From an uncultured Gemmataceae bacterium (GTDB lineage Bacteria; Planctomycetota; Planctomycetia; Gemmatales; Gemmataceae), in contig CAVVPN010000003.1 in assembly GCA_963750165.1 (NCBI GenBank), positions 2,816,001 to 2,880,000 on the forward strand: 64,000 bases of DNA. Reading direction: 5' to 3'. The translations under genes were made by a program, and so were the position numbers. The notes under the pieces were generated by a model that ran no database searches, was not told the DNA's origin, and saw only the letters and a list, made by a program, of their open reading frames with translations. Below are positions 10,312-21,800 of this stretch, piece by piece; position 1 is the stretch's first letter, and every line of letters starts with the position of its first letter.

Positions 10312-10457
10312 GCACGAGGGAACGTTCACACGCATAATGGACTGAGCGGCCGGCTCCCCTCCCGTGGCTGGAAAGGGCCAGGGCGCGGGCCGGCAAGCGT
10401 CGCGCAGTAGCACAGGTAACCATGGATTCACAGATTTTTCTCAGAGGAAACGCTTCA

Positions 10458-11240
10458 ATGTCACGTTTCAAATTCCTTCCCTTCCTGGCGGCCATGCTGA
10501 CTGGCGTCGTCATGGTGGGGGCGTCCCAGCAGGCGCGCGCCGACTTCATCATTCGCGCGACTGACCTCGACAGTACCAACGCGGTGGTTGCCGATGTGAC
10601 CACCACCGGTCTGTCGGCTGCGAATGGTTCCGGCTCCCTGGTCTTCGCCAACGCCGTCGGCAACTTCACGATCACCCTTGTGACCAACATCGCGACCACT
10701 GGGACTGGCTTCACCGCGGCCAGCCAGACGGTCAACATCACGTACACCGGTCCCACCGGGGCCAGCTCGGACACGCTGATCATCGAGGTGTTGGGGAACG
10801 ATTTCTCCAACCCCACCTCGCCGCCGAATGCCAGCATCACCAGCAACGCCTCGCCGAGCACGGACGGTCTGGAGGTGAGCAGTGTGACCATGACGAGCGG
10901 TGTGCTCTCTGGCACCGTCACGGCGCTCGGCGCCGCCGGCACCACCCTGGGCGGTCAGTTTGGCGAGACGACGGGCACCGGCACGATGGGCGCCGCGTCG
11001 AGCGTCCTGATGCCGAATCCGGTCACCGGTGCGTCGTTCCCCATCCCCTCCAGCCCGTTCTCGTTCTACCAGACCTACACCTTCAGTGGGTTCAATTCCA
11101 CCAACGAGGCCGGCTCGCTGTCGGCGGGCTCGACTGTGTCCTCGCCGGCTCCGGCGGCCCTCGTCCTGGCCGCCGCTGGCCTGCCCATGCTGGGCGGCTA
11201 CGGCTGGCTGCGCCGTCGCAAGGCGGTCAAGACGGCCTGA
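10458..11240 (+). CDS. Secreted PEP-CTERM-type (PAP variant) exosortase substrate
   Basis: Signal peptide ending QARA|D; C-terminal PAPAALVLAAAGLPMLGGYGWLRRRK (Pro motif, TM helix, Arg cluster); exosortase in the same locus. Confidence 0.88.
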   Translation: MSRFKFLPFLAAMLTGVVMVGASQQARADFIIRATDLDSTNAVVADVTTTGLSAANGSGSLVFANAVGNFTITLVTNIATTGTGFTAASQTVNITYTGPTGASSDTLIIEVLGNDFSNPTSPPNASITSNASPSTDGLEVSSVTMTSGVLSGTVTALGAAGTTLGGQFGETTGTGTMGAASSVLMPNPVTGASFPIPSSPFSFYQTYTFSGFNSTNEAGSLSAGSTVSSPAPAALVLAAAGLPMLGGYGWLRRRKAVKTA

Positions 11241-11369
11241 TTGCCGTTTGACCTGCTAACCACGTTCACTCAGGGGCGGCCTTTCGGGGCCGCCCCTTCC
11301 TCCCCGACTTCCCGTGCGTTCTCGACGCCGATTTTCGATACCGGAACCGATCGCCCAGGCAGAGTGCTT

Positions 11370-14300
11370 ATGAACTTCATTGGCAAGCGGACCCTGAACG
11401 TCAAATTCGCGCTGTTGCTCCTTGGCGCCCTGGTCATCGTGGGCGTGGGGGGATACTTCCTCCACGGGTTCCAGGTGCGCCGCAACGCGGGCATCTTCCT
11501 GCAACAGGCCGACAAGGCGGAGAAGGACGGCAAGCCGACTCAAGCCGCGGACTACCTGAGCCGCTACCTCGCCCTGGTCCCCCACGACAAGGACGCGCTG
11601 GCCCGCTACGGCTTGCTGCTGGCCGACGACAAGTTGATTGCCGACAGCCCCAACGCCGTCTTCAAGGCGTATCTGACGCTGGGGCAGGTGTTGCGACAGG
11701 CCCCGGAGCGGCACGACGTTCGCCGCCGCGTCATCCAGCTCGCCATGTCCCCCCGGTTCCACCGGCTGACCGACGCCGCCGAGCACCTGGACCGGCTGTT
11801 CGCCGCCAACATCAAGGACGCCGAGTTGCTAACGCAGCGGGGCGAGTGTCACGAGGTCAGCGGCGAATACAGGCAGGCCCGTGACCGCTACGAGGAAGCC
11901 CTCGGCCAGCCCAAAGTCGATGTGAAGGTGTACCTGCGGCTGGCGCTGTTGCTGCGCAACCCGGCTGCGGGCGTCCGGCGGAAGAACGAAACGCCGGAAA
12001 CCGTTCGCGCCCTGGCCGACGCGCAGATCGAAAAGATGCTCCAGGCGAACGCCGGCTCGTTTCAGGCCCAGCTGTACGCCGTGGGCTACTACAGGGCGTT
12101 CTACCAGCAACTCGAACCGGAGAAGACCCGGGAGCGCGTCGCGGCGCTCATCCAGAAGGCCCGCAAACTGGGGCCACAGGAGGCGGATGTCATTCTGGCG
12201 TTCGCGGATCTGGAATACGAGGACCAGCACCCCGAGCGCGCCCGCGCCGAGCTTGAGCGGGGTATCGAGCGCCACCCAGATGATCCCCGCATGTACCTGG
12301 TCCTGAGCCGGCTGGAGGGCGATCAGAAGCGGCCCAGGGAAGCTCTGGCCGCCCTGCGCATGGGCCTGAAGCGCCTGCCCAGGAACCTTGACCTGCTCTG
12401 GCACCTGGCGTACCAGCAGATCCGGGCCGAGCTGGACGAGAAGACGCGGGACGCGGAGGCCGCGGACCTGATCGCGCGCATGGAGAAGGCGGGCATGCCC
12501 ACCGAGGAGCTGGACTTCCTGCGGGCGCGGCTGTGGATGAGCGGCGAGGAGTGGCTCAAGGCCGTGCGTCTGCTGGAGCGCGTCTACCCGCAGTTCCTGT
12601 CGCGCAACACCAGGGGCCTGGAGGGGGTTTCCGTCAACCTGGCTCTGGAGTCCAGCCTGCTGCTGGCGCGCTGCTACGTGGTGCTGGGCGACGCCGACCG
12701 CGCCGTTGCCGCCTACCGGCGCGTCGTGACCCGTGCGCCGCAGAAGGTCGAGGCCCGCCTGGAACTGGCGCAGACGCTGTGGGGCCAGCGCCGGCTCGAC
12801 GCGGCCGAGAAGGAGTATCGGCAACTGACGCAGCAGCCCAACGCCCCCGCGACCGCCTGGGTCGCCCTCGGCCAGTTGCTCGCCGAGCGCAACTGGAAGA
12901 ACCCCGACGCCGACTGGACCGGCGTGGAGGCGATCCTGAAGCAACTGGAGCAGATCAAGCCCGTCCCGCCGGAGGTCAAACTGCTCCGCGCTGAGCGGCT
13001 GGCGTCCCTGAACCGCTTCGCCGAAGCCCGGAAGGAACTGACGAGCGGAGAGTCGGACGCGCAGCCGCGGTCCATCGAGATGTGGGTGGGGCTGGCCGCG
13101 CTGGAGGATCGGAAGGGGGACGCCCGGTCGGCCCTGGCCCTGCTGGACGACGCCGAGCGCGCCCTGGGCGACCAGGCGGCGATCTTCCAGGCCCGCGTCC
13201 GGGTCTGGGTCCGCCGTGGCGGCAGTGAGGCCCCCCGGGCCCTGGACACCCTGGCCGGCAAGCTCGACCGGTTCAAGGGCGCCGAGCGGCGCAGCCTGTC
13301 TCAATACCTCGCCACCGCGTACCTGAAGCTCGGCGAATCGGCCCGGGCGGAGGCGCTGTGGCGCGAACTGCGCGCAAGCACCCCAACGACCTCGGCATCC
13401 GCGCGGCCCTGTTCGACCTGGCGGAGGCGAACAAGGACAACGCGCAGATGGCCCGGCTGGTGAACGAACTGCGGGAGCTGGAAGGGCCGGACGGCACGCT
13501 CTGGCGGCTCTACGGAGCGAACCGCCTGATCGCCCTGGCCCGCGCGACGGGCGACCGGACCAAACTGCGGGAGGCCGAGCAGCTGCTCAAGAAGGTGGCC
13601 GAGACCCGGCCCGACTGGGTACGGCTGATTGTCAGCCAGAGCAGCGTCGAGGACCTGCTCGGCCGGCCGCGCTCCGCGGCCAGCAAGTGTCTGAAAGCCA
13701 TTGACCTGGGCGAACGGCACCCGCTGGTCATCCGGCAGGCGTTCGCGCTGTTGAGCCGGGCCGGCTACCACGTCGAGGCGCGGGAACTGGAGCAGAAGTT
13801 GCGCCAGGAGGGCTACAACCTGACCGGCATGGAGGCGGTGCGGATTCTGAACGCGGTGGTGGCGCAGGACCCCGCCGAGGCTCTGCGCCTGGCCGAGCAG
13901 ACCATCTCGCCCGACACCAAGGATTACCGCAATCTGCTGATGCTCGGCCAACTCCGCATGGCGGCCGGCAAGCAGGCCGAGGCGGCGGCGGCGTTCGAGG
14001 GCGCGCTCCGCCTGGCTGACAAGATCCCGGAAACCTGGGTGACGATGGTGTCGTTCCTGGTCCGCACTGGGGACAAGGTCAAGGCCGAAGCGCTGCTGCG
14101 GCAGGCCGGCAAGAAACTGCCGCCGGAGACGGTGCCGCTGGCGCTCGCCCGGGGCTATGAAATTCTGGGCCAACCGGAGAAGGCCCGGGACCAGTACGAG
14201 GTCGCCCTGGCGTCCAGCCCGGACAAGGTGGCCGCCCGCGAACGGTTCGCCCTCTTCTGCCTGCGCACGAACCGGCTGGAGGAGGCGCGCAAGCAGCTGC

Positions 14301-15703
14301 AGAAGTTGATCGACGAGAAGGGCGGCAGCCCGCAGCAACTGGCCGAGGCGCGCCGCCTGCTGGCGCTGGTCCTGGCCTCCGGCGCGGGGCACGAGCAGCG
14401 GCAGAAGGCGCTGGAGTTGCTCGGCGTGCTTGGCGACGGGCCGGAGACGGCCGGCGCCGACCTGAATCCGGCGGACCTGCGGGCCAGGGTTCTGGTGCTG
14501 GCCAAGGCGCAGAACCCGCGGCAACGGCGGCAGGCGGTCGCCCTGCTGGAAAACCTGCAGCGGTCGGAGCCGCTGACGCCGGACGAGCAGTTCCTGCTCG
14601 CCCAGCTGTACGACACGGTCGGCCAGGGCGACAAGGCGCAGCAGGAACTGCTCGGGCTGCTGACCCGGATGGGCGAGAAGCTGGACAAGAGCCCGCGCCG
14701 TCAGGAGGCCCTGGAGAAACAGTTCGCCCACTACCTGAACTACGCCGCCAACAAAATGCTGCAGCGCGGCGCCGTCGAGCAGGCCCAGGCGTGGCTCGAC
14801 CGGCTCGAGAAACTGGAGCCGAAGACCTTCCGCACACTTGCCCTCCGCGCCCGCCTGCTGGACAAGCAGGGCCAGGCCGCGGAGGTGGTGCCGGCGCTCG
14901 TCGCCCTGGCTCAGAAGGACGACGCCCAGATTCTGCCCGTCGCTGGCGTGCTCGAGTCGGTCGGCGCCCTCAACGAGGCCGAACGGCTGTACACCCGCTA
15001 CGGCGAGCGCACCAAGAAGGCGGAAGCCGTGCTGCTGCGGGCCGGCTTCCTTGGCCGCCAGAAGCGCATGCGCGAGGCGCTGGCCCTGTGCGAGCAGGCG
15101 TGGAAGACCTGCCGGCCGGAAGATGTCGCGTCTACCCTTGTGCTGATCCTGTATCAGAACCGGAAGGAGACGGAGCACCTGGCCGGAGCGGCGGAGCGGC
15201 TGGCGAAGGTCGTCGCCGCCAACCCGGACAAGACCTGGCTGGCCCAGCAACTGGCGGCGGTGTACCGGTTGCAGGAGAACTACGACGGCATGATCGCGCT
15301 GTATCGGGACATCCTCCGGCGCGACCCCAAGGACACGGTGACACTGAACAATCTCGCCTGGCTGCTGGCGCTGAGCAAGCACGACGGCGCCGAGGCGCTG
15401 CAGATGATCGACCGGGCCATCGAACTGGACGGCCCCCAGGCCGCGCTGCTCGATACCCGCGCCGTGGCGCTGCTGGCCAAGGGGGACGCTGCGCGGGCCG
15501 TGAAGGACCTGGAAGAGGCCATCACCGAAACGCCCACCGCACTGCGCTACTTCCACCTGGCCCAGGTACACGACCGGGCCAAGAATCGGAAAGCGGCCGC
15601 CGACGCCTGGCGGCGCGGGAAAAATCTGGGCCTGACCGAGGACACGGTGGATGTGCTGGAGCGGCCGACCTTCCAGCGCCTGCGAGCCGAACTGGATCGT
15701 TAA
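11370..15703 (+). CDS. Membrane-anchored long TPR protein (exosortase-locus type), one frameshift near 13375
   Basis: ORFs 11241-13463 and 13358-15703 join (WREL..RKHPNDLGIR); N-terminal TM LNVKFALLLL...; TPR pattern throughout; terminal LNNLAWLLA...LLDTRA. Confidence 0.85.
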
Positions 15704-15904
15704 CCGAAGAGCCGCCCGATCGTCGTTGCGGTTGTCGCGAATGACCCCGTACTCCGTGCGCGCGGCAAATTGTGGTCTGCACCGGGAACGTGAAGAGAAG
15801 AGGCTGTGCGGTGAGTCGTCTGGGCTCCTCAGGCGCGGAGATCCTGTGGAGTGGGCTGGTAACAATGGGTTCGCCCCCAATCATTTTTATTGAACAGGAC
15901 TGTC

Positions 15905-16867
15905 ATGGCCGTCTGCCTGGTAACGGGAGGTGCAGGGTTCATCGGCTCTCACCTGGTGGAAGCGCTGCTCGACCGTGGACACCTGGTCCGTGTGCTGGAT
16001 AACTTCAGCACGGGTTGCCTGGAGAACCTGAGCACCGTGGAGGATCACATCGAGTTGATCCGCGGCTCGGTGGCGGACTTCGACGTGGTGCGCGAGGCGA
16101 CCGCGGACGCGGAGTACGTGTTCCACCTGGCGGCGCCGACACCGGGCGTGCTGAGCCTGGCGGACCTGGTGGGCACCCACCACTCCGGGGCGACCGGGAC
16201 CCTGCATGTGCTGATCGCCGCCCGCGAGGCCAACGTCCGCCGCGTCGTGTACGCCTCCAGTTCGCACGTCTACGGCCAGGCCATTGGGCTGCCGCGCCGC
16301 GAGGATGAGCCGACGCAACCGTTGAGCCCTTACGGCGTGGCCAAGCTCACGGGCGAGCAGCAGTGCCTGGGCTTCAACCGGTTGTACGGTCTGGAGACGG
16401 TGCGGCTGCGCTACTTCAACGTGTTCGGACCGCGGCAGTCGGCGGGCAGCCCATACGCGGGGTCGCTGCGGCAGGTGCTGCGGCAAATGCTCACGGGCTG
16501 CCGGCCCGTGGTGCCCGTCGGCGTCAACTGCCGCCAGGACCTGATCGCCGTGGACGACGCCGTGTACGCCACCCTGCTGGCTGTCTCCACGCCGCGCGCC
16601 GCGGGCAAGGTATACAATATCGCCAGCGGTCGCCCCACGACGCCGCTGGAGTTGGTTGCTGCTCTGAACGACATCCTGGGGATCCACCTGGCGCCGGTGG
16701 AAACCTTTTTCGGGCCGCCCGAGGATGTTTGCCATCTGGCAAATCCCCACAAGGCCGAAGTTGAGCTAGGCTTTTGCGCCGGCACCAGTTTGGAGAAGGG
16801 CCTCCGCGAGTGCGTCGAGTATTACGCGCTGCGGCACGAAGGGGCGGCCCCCACGCTGACTGGGTGA
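15905..16867 (+). CDS. NAD-dependent epimerase/dehydratase (extended SDR)
   Basis: TGGAGFIGSHL, YGVAK (YxxxK), LRYFNVFGPRQ. Confidence 0.92.
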   Translation: MAVCLVTGGAGFIGSHLVEALLDRGHLVRVLDNFSTGCLENLSTVEDHIELIRGSVADFDVVREATADAEYVFHLAAPTPGVLSLADLVGTHHSGATGTLHVLIAAREANVRRVVYASSSHVYGQAIGLPRREDEPTQPLSPYGVAKLTGEQQCLGFNRLYGLETVRLRYFNVFGPRQSAGSPYAGSLRQVLRQMLTGCRPVVPVGVNCRQDLIAVDDAVYATLLAVSTPRAAGKVYNIASGRPTTPLELVAALNDILGIHLAPVETFFGPPEDVCHLANPHKAEVELGFCAGTSLEKGLRECVEYYALRHEGAAPTLTG

Positions 16868-16886
16868 TCCCGAAGCCACCTCCGCC

Positions 16887-16938
16887 GAACACCCTGGCGA
16901 GCGGGGTCGCGTCAGCGCCCCCGCTCGCCAGGGTGTTC
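16887..16938. repeat. REP-like palindrome, family B (internally shortened copy)
   Basis: 20-bp arms GAACACCCTGGCGAGCGGGG / CCCCGCTCGCCAGGGTGTTC; core shared with 32814-32885. Confidence 0.85.
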
Positions 16939-17039
16939 TCCAGAGCAGAAGTGCCATGATTTTTCCTAACGTCCCTCGCTGGCGCTTTGGGCTCAGAGTT
17001 CAAGAGTAATCGGCCGCTCGTCGGCGGCAGCTTCGTCCT

Positions 17040-18077
17040 GTGAGGAACCTCATGTTTGGCCCTCTCCACATTTGGGATTGGCTCCGCGATCTGGGCAGGC
17101 GGGCGGCGGCGCTGCCCCTGGCGGTGCGCCTGGGCGGCCTCGTGCTGCTGGCGCTGCTGTGGGCGTACCTGCCGACGGCGGAGGAACTGCTGCGGCGCTG
17201 GGGCGAGTCGCAGTATTCGCACGGCTACCTGGTGCCCGTGTTCGCGCTGTACCTGCTGTGGGCGCGGCGAGCGCTGATCGCCGGCGGGCCGGGACAGCCC
17301 AGCGCCTGGGGGCTGGCGTTCCTGGTCGCGGGGCTGGCGTTGCACGGCTTCGGCACCTTCATCTTCCTCGACTGGCTGACCGCTGCGGCCATCATCCCCT
17401 GCCTGGCCGGGCTGGCACTGCTGACCGGCGGCTGGCGCGCCCTGCACTGGACGTGGCCGGCGCTGTGCTTCCTGGTGTTCATGATCCCGCTGCCCTACAA
17501 GCTGGAAATCGCCCTGGCGCATCCGCTGCAGCGCGTCGCCACCCTGGCGAGCACCTTCGTGCTGCAAACGCTCGGCTTCATCGCCTTCTCGCAGGGCAAC
17601 CTCATCCGCCTGGGCGACGTGTACCTCAACATCATCGAGGCCTGCAGCGGTCTGAAAATGCTCCTCACCTTCTTCGCCCTGTCCACCGCGGTGGTGCTGG
17701 TGACCCAGCGGCCGCCGCTGGAGAAAATCCTCCTGTTCCTGAGCGCCGTGCCCATTGCCCTGATCGTCAACATCCTCCGCATCGTGGCGACGGCCATCCT
17801 GCACAAGACGACCACCCGGGAACTGGCCGAGCACGTCTTTCATGACGTGGCCGGCTACCTGATGCCGCTGGTCGCCCTGCTGCTGTTGTGGGCGGAGGTG
17901 CGCCTCCTGGACTGGGTGCTCGTCCCTGGAAGCAAGCGCCACGTCGAGGAACCCGCTGCGGAACTCGGCTTCAACGCCTGGGGGCTGCCGATGGCGCCAA
18001 CGCCGGCGGCGCCACCGGCGGCGCCGGCCGCGCCCGCTATCACGGCGCCGAACAATGCCGCGTCGAGTCCGACCTGA
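17040..18077 (+). CDS. Exosortase
   Basis: Multi-TM protein; YSHGYLVP, EACSGLK (catalytic Cys), NILRI (Arg), FHD (His). Confidence 0.93.
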   Translation: MRNLMFGPLHIWDWLRDLGRRAAALPLAVRLGGLVLLALLWAYLPTAEELLRRWGESQYSHGYLVPVFALYLLWARRALIAGGPGQPSAWGLAFLVAGLALHGFGTFIFLDWLTAAAIIPCLAGLALLTGGWRALHWTWPALCFLVFMIPLPYKLEIALAHPLQRVATLASTFVLQTLGFIAFSQGNLIRLGDVYLNIIEACSGLKMLLTFFALSTAVVLVTQRPPLEKILLFLSAVPIALIVNILRIVATAILHKTTTRELAEHVFHDVAGYLMPLVALLLLWAEVRLLDWVLVPGSKRHVEEPAAELGFNAWGLPMAPTPAAPPAAPAAPAITAPNNAASSPT

Positions 18078-18129
18078 CCATGCCCGCGCCGTCCGGCGCC
18101 GGGGTTCTTCTTTTTCGCAGGCGAACGTC

Positions 18130-18780
18130 ATGAAAAGTATCGTGTGGGTGCTGGGGGCCCTCGTTCTGGTGGTGGGCTACGGGGTGGCCGAGGGACTGTG
18201 GACCGACCGCTGGGGTCTGTCCGGCGAGCTGGAGCAGGCGAGCGCCCGGGTCAGCCGGGTGCCGCGGACGTTTGGGGACTGGGAGGGCCGCGACTTTGAA
18301 CTCGACCCCGACCAGATCCGGCAGGCGCAAATCATCAGCTACGTCCAGCGCCGCTACGTCCACCGCCAGAAGGGGACCGAGATCACGGTGCTGCTGGTCT
18401 GCGGCCGTCCCGGTCCCACGGCGCTGCACAGCCCCAACATCTGCTACGAGGGGGCGGGCTACACCCCGGCGTTCGAGCAGGAGCGCAAAGCATTCACCAT
18501 CGCGGGCCTGGCCGCGCCAGCCGCGTTCCACATGGTCCAGTATCAGAAGTCCGGGCCGGCGCCCGAGCCGCTGCTCATCTACTGGTCCTGGAACGCCACC
18601 GGGGACTGGCAGGTGCCCGACAACCCGCGCTTCCATTTCGGGCGCCACCGGGCCCTGTACAAGCTCTACGTCATTCGGCAGCTGACCAAGGTGGACGAGT
18701 CGTTGCAGGATGACCCGTCGCCGGAGTTCATCGGCCAGTTCCTGCCGGAAGTGCACAAGGCGCTGTTTCAAAAAGATTAA
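18130..18780 (+). CDS. epsI: Exosortase-associated EpsI-family protein
   Basis: Directly follows the exosortase; N-terminal TM; P..FGDWEG, RRY, HSPNICYEGAGY motifs. Confidence 0.8.
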   Translation: MKSIVWVLGALVLVVGYGVAEGLWTDRWGLSGELEQASARVSRVPRTFGDWEGRDFELDPDQIRQAQIISYVQRRYVHRQKGTEITVLLVCGRPGPTALHSPNICYEGAGYTPAFEQERKAFTIAGLAAPAAFHMVQYQKSGPAPEPLLIYWSWNATGDWQVPDNPRFHFGRHRALYKLYVIRQLTKVDESLQDDPSPEFIGQFLPEVHKALFQKD

Positions 18781-18828
18781 CGGTTGGGGCCCGAGGGCGG
18801 GCTCAACCCTGGTAAGCGAGTGGCAGCC

Positions 18829-21800
18829 ATGAAGCAATTGTGGGCAGCCCTGACGGGCAACCGGCGGGTGAACGTCAAGGCCTTTTTGATCCTGATCGTG
18901 ACCGCGGTCGTGCTGGGCGGCACGGTCTACTTCGTCCACGGCTGGCAAGTGCGGCGGAACGCCCACGTGCTGCTGGAGGAGGCCGACCGGGCGGAGCACG
19001 AGGGCCAGTCGGAAGCGGCCCTTGAGCACCTGGAAAACTACCTGGGACTGGAGCCGCACGACACGGACGCCCGGGCGAAGTACGGTCTGCTGTTGGCCAA
19101 GTTGGCCAAGACCCGCCACGAAGTGGAGCGGGCGTTCCTGACGCTCGAAGACGTGGTGCGCCGCGACGGCAAGCGCCAGGACGCGCGCCACGAAGCCGCC
19201 CGGCTTGGCCTCCGTCTCGGCCGCTTCGCCGAGGCCAAGGCCCACCTGGAGAAGCTGCTGACGGCAACGCCCGACGACCTGGACCTGCTGCACGAACTCG
19301 GCCGCGCCGAGGCCGGGCTGCACAACTACAAGACGGCCGCGGAGCTTTACGGCAAGGTGATGAAGCTGGCCCCCAAACGAACCGACTTCGCCCTGGAATA
19401 CGCCGGGCTGCTGCGGGTGGGCCAGAAAATCCCGGAGCTGGGGGACCAGATCATCGAGGACATGGTGCTGCGCGACCCGCGCGCGCAGGAGACGCGCCTC
19501 AAGGCGGCGGCGTATTTCCGGCAGTTCGGGCAGCCGAACGCGGCCTGGGTCCACCTCCGCTTCGCCCTGACCGAACTGGGCACGCCGACGGCGGACCTGC
19601 TGGCGCTGGCCGGCGAAGTGGCGCTGTTGCGCGGCGATGCCAAGGAGGCCGGCAAGCACTTCGAGGAGGGCCGCCGGCGCTTTCCGAAAGACGCCCGCAT
19701 GGGCCAGGGGCTGGCCCGGCTGGCGCTGGCCGGCGGCGACCGGCAGAAGGCCCTGTCGCACCTGGATCTGCGCTCCCTGCCCGAAGACCCCGATGAGCAG
19801 TGGGCGCTGGCCAACCTCCTGCTCGATGCCGGGGCGCTGGCCGAGGTGCGCGAGCTGAGCCGGCGGTTGGAAAAGGCTGGCCGCCGCTCCCTGGTGGACC
19901 TGCTGGAGACGCGGCTGCTGATGAAGGAGGAGCGCTGGGGAGACGCCAGCAAACAGCTGGAGAAACTGCGCGGCACCCGGCTGGCCCCGGGGCTCGCCAA
20001 GCAGGTGCCGCTGTTGCAGGCCGAATGCTATGAGCGCCTGGCCAATCCGGATCAGCGGCTGGCGGCCCTGAGCCGCGCCCTGGAGCTGGACCCCTTCTGG
20101 CCGGCGGCCCGCCGCGCCCACGCGGTGGCGCTGGCCGCGGTCGGCCAGTTCGACCGGGCGCTGACCGAGTATCGCAAGCTGGCGGACCAGTTCCCCGAGG
20201 TGCGCGGCGAACTGGCCCGGCTGCTGCTGGCCCGCACCATACGGTTGCCGCGCGAGCAGCGCGACTGGTCGGAGGTCGAAAAGCTGGTGAACCAGGTAAA
20301 CGCCGGGGAGAAAGCCACACTGGCCGCGCGGCTGCTGCGGATCGACTTCCTGGCCGCCCGGGAGCAGTGGGACGAGGCCCAGAAGCTCACCGAGGCGATG
20401 CGCGACGAGGATCCCAGGCAGACCCGTCCCTGGCTGCTGCTGATCGGCCTGGCCGAACGCCGCAAGCAGACCGAGGCCATCCCGAAGCTGGTGGACGAGG
20501 CCGAGCGCCAGGCCGGCAAGAACATCTACTGGACGCTGGCGCGCGCCAGCCACGCCCTGCTACTGGGCCGCGACCGGGCCAAAGAGTTGTTGCCGAAACT
20601 GCTGCCGGCCGTGGAGCAGTTCCAGGGGCCGGAGCGGGTGAACCTGCTGGCGGGGTTGGCCCGAGGCTTTGCCGCCGCCGGAGACGCCGCGCAGGCCGAC
20701 CGCCTCTGGTTCCAGGTCGCCGAGCTGGAGCCCGATAACCTGGCCGTGCGCTTCGTGCTGCTCGAAGCGGCCCTGCGCGACGGCCGGACGGACGCGGTGC
20801 GGCGGCTGGTCAAGCAACTGCGGCGGATCGAAGGCGGCGATGGGGCGTTGACGGCTTACGGCGAAGCGGTGCTGCGGTTGCGGCTCGCCGTGGACGGCGA
20901 CCGCAAGGCGTTGGCGGAGGCCCGGCCCTGGCTGGCGAAGGCGGCGGCGCTGCGGCCGTCGTGGCGCAGGTGCTCTTGGCCGAGGCGACCGCCTTCGACA
21001 TGGAGGGCAAGAAGGACCGGGCGCTGGAGAAGTACAAGGCGGCGCTGGAGCGCGGCACGGTCAACCTGCGGGCATGGCAACGGTGCCTGCGGTTGATGGC
21101 CGAAAAGGGCCAGTACGCCGAGGCCTCCGCGCTGCTGCGCAAACAGCCGGAGCGGTTCCGGGAGACGCCAGAACTGGGCCGACTGGACGCTCAGCTGACG
21201 CTGTTGAACGCCGACGCGGCCGGCCAGACCCCGGAGGCCGCCCGCCGCGAAGCGCTGGTGCTGGCGCAAGGCCGTGACCGCCGACTCCAGGGAGGCGCGC
21301 GATTTCCTGTGGCTGGGCCAGGTGGCCGCCCTGGCGGGCGAGAAACAGGAGGCGGAGAAGGCGTTCCGCCGGGCGTGCGAGTTGAACGACCAGGCGCCGG
21401 AAAACTGGGCGCTGCTGGTGTTGTACCTGGTCGGCACCGACCGCAAGGCCGCCGAGGCGGAGCTGGAGCGGGCCAGGACGAAGCTGCCCGCCGACAAGGC
21501 GGCGCTGGCCCTGGCCCCCTGCCTGGAGGCGCTGGGTAAAACGGACAAGGCCGAGGAGCAATATCTCAAGCTCCTCAATGCCCAGCCGGAGGATCCAGGC
21601 CGGATGCAGACCACGGCCGCCTTCTATGCCCGCACCGGGCAGCCGGCCAAGGCGGAGCCGCTGCTGCGCCAGGTGCTGGCGCCGGGCACCCGGGCCTCGC
21701 CGGCCGCAGTCGTGGTGGCGCGGCGTGCCCTGGCCCTGGTCCTGGCGCTGCAGGGCGGCTACCCACGGCTGCTTGAAGCCCAGAACCTCGTGAAGCAGAA

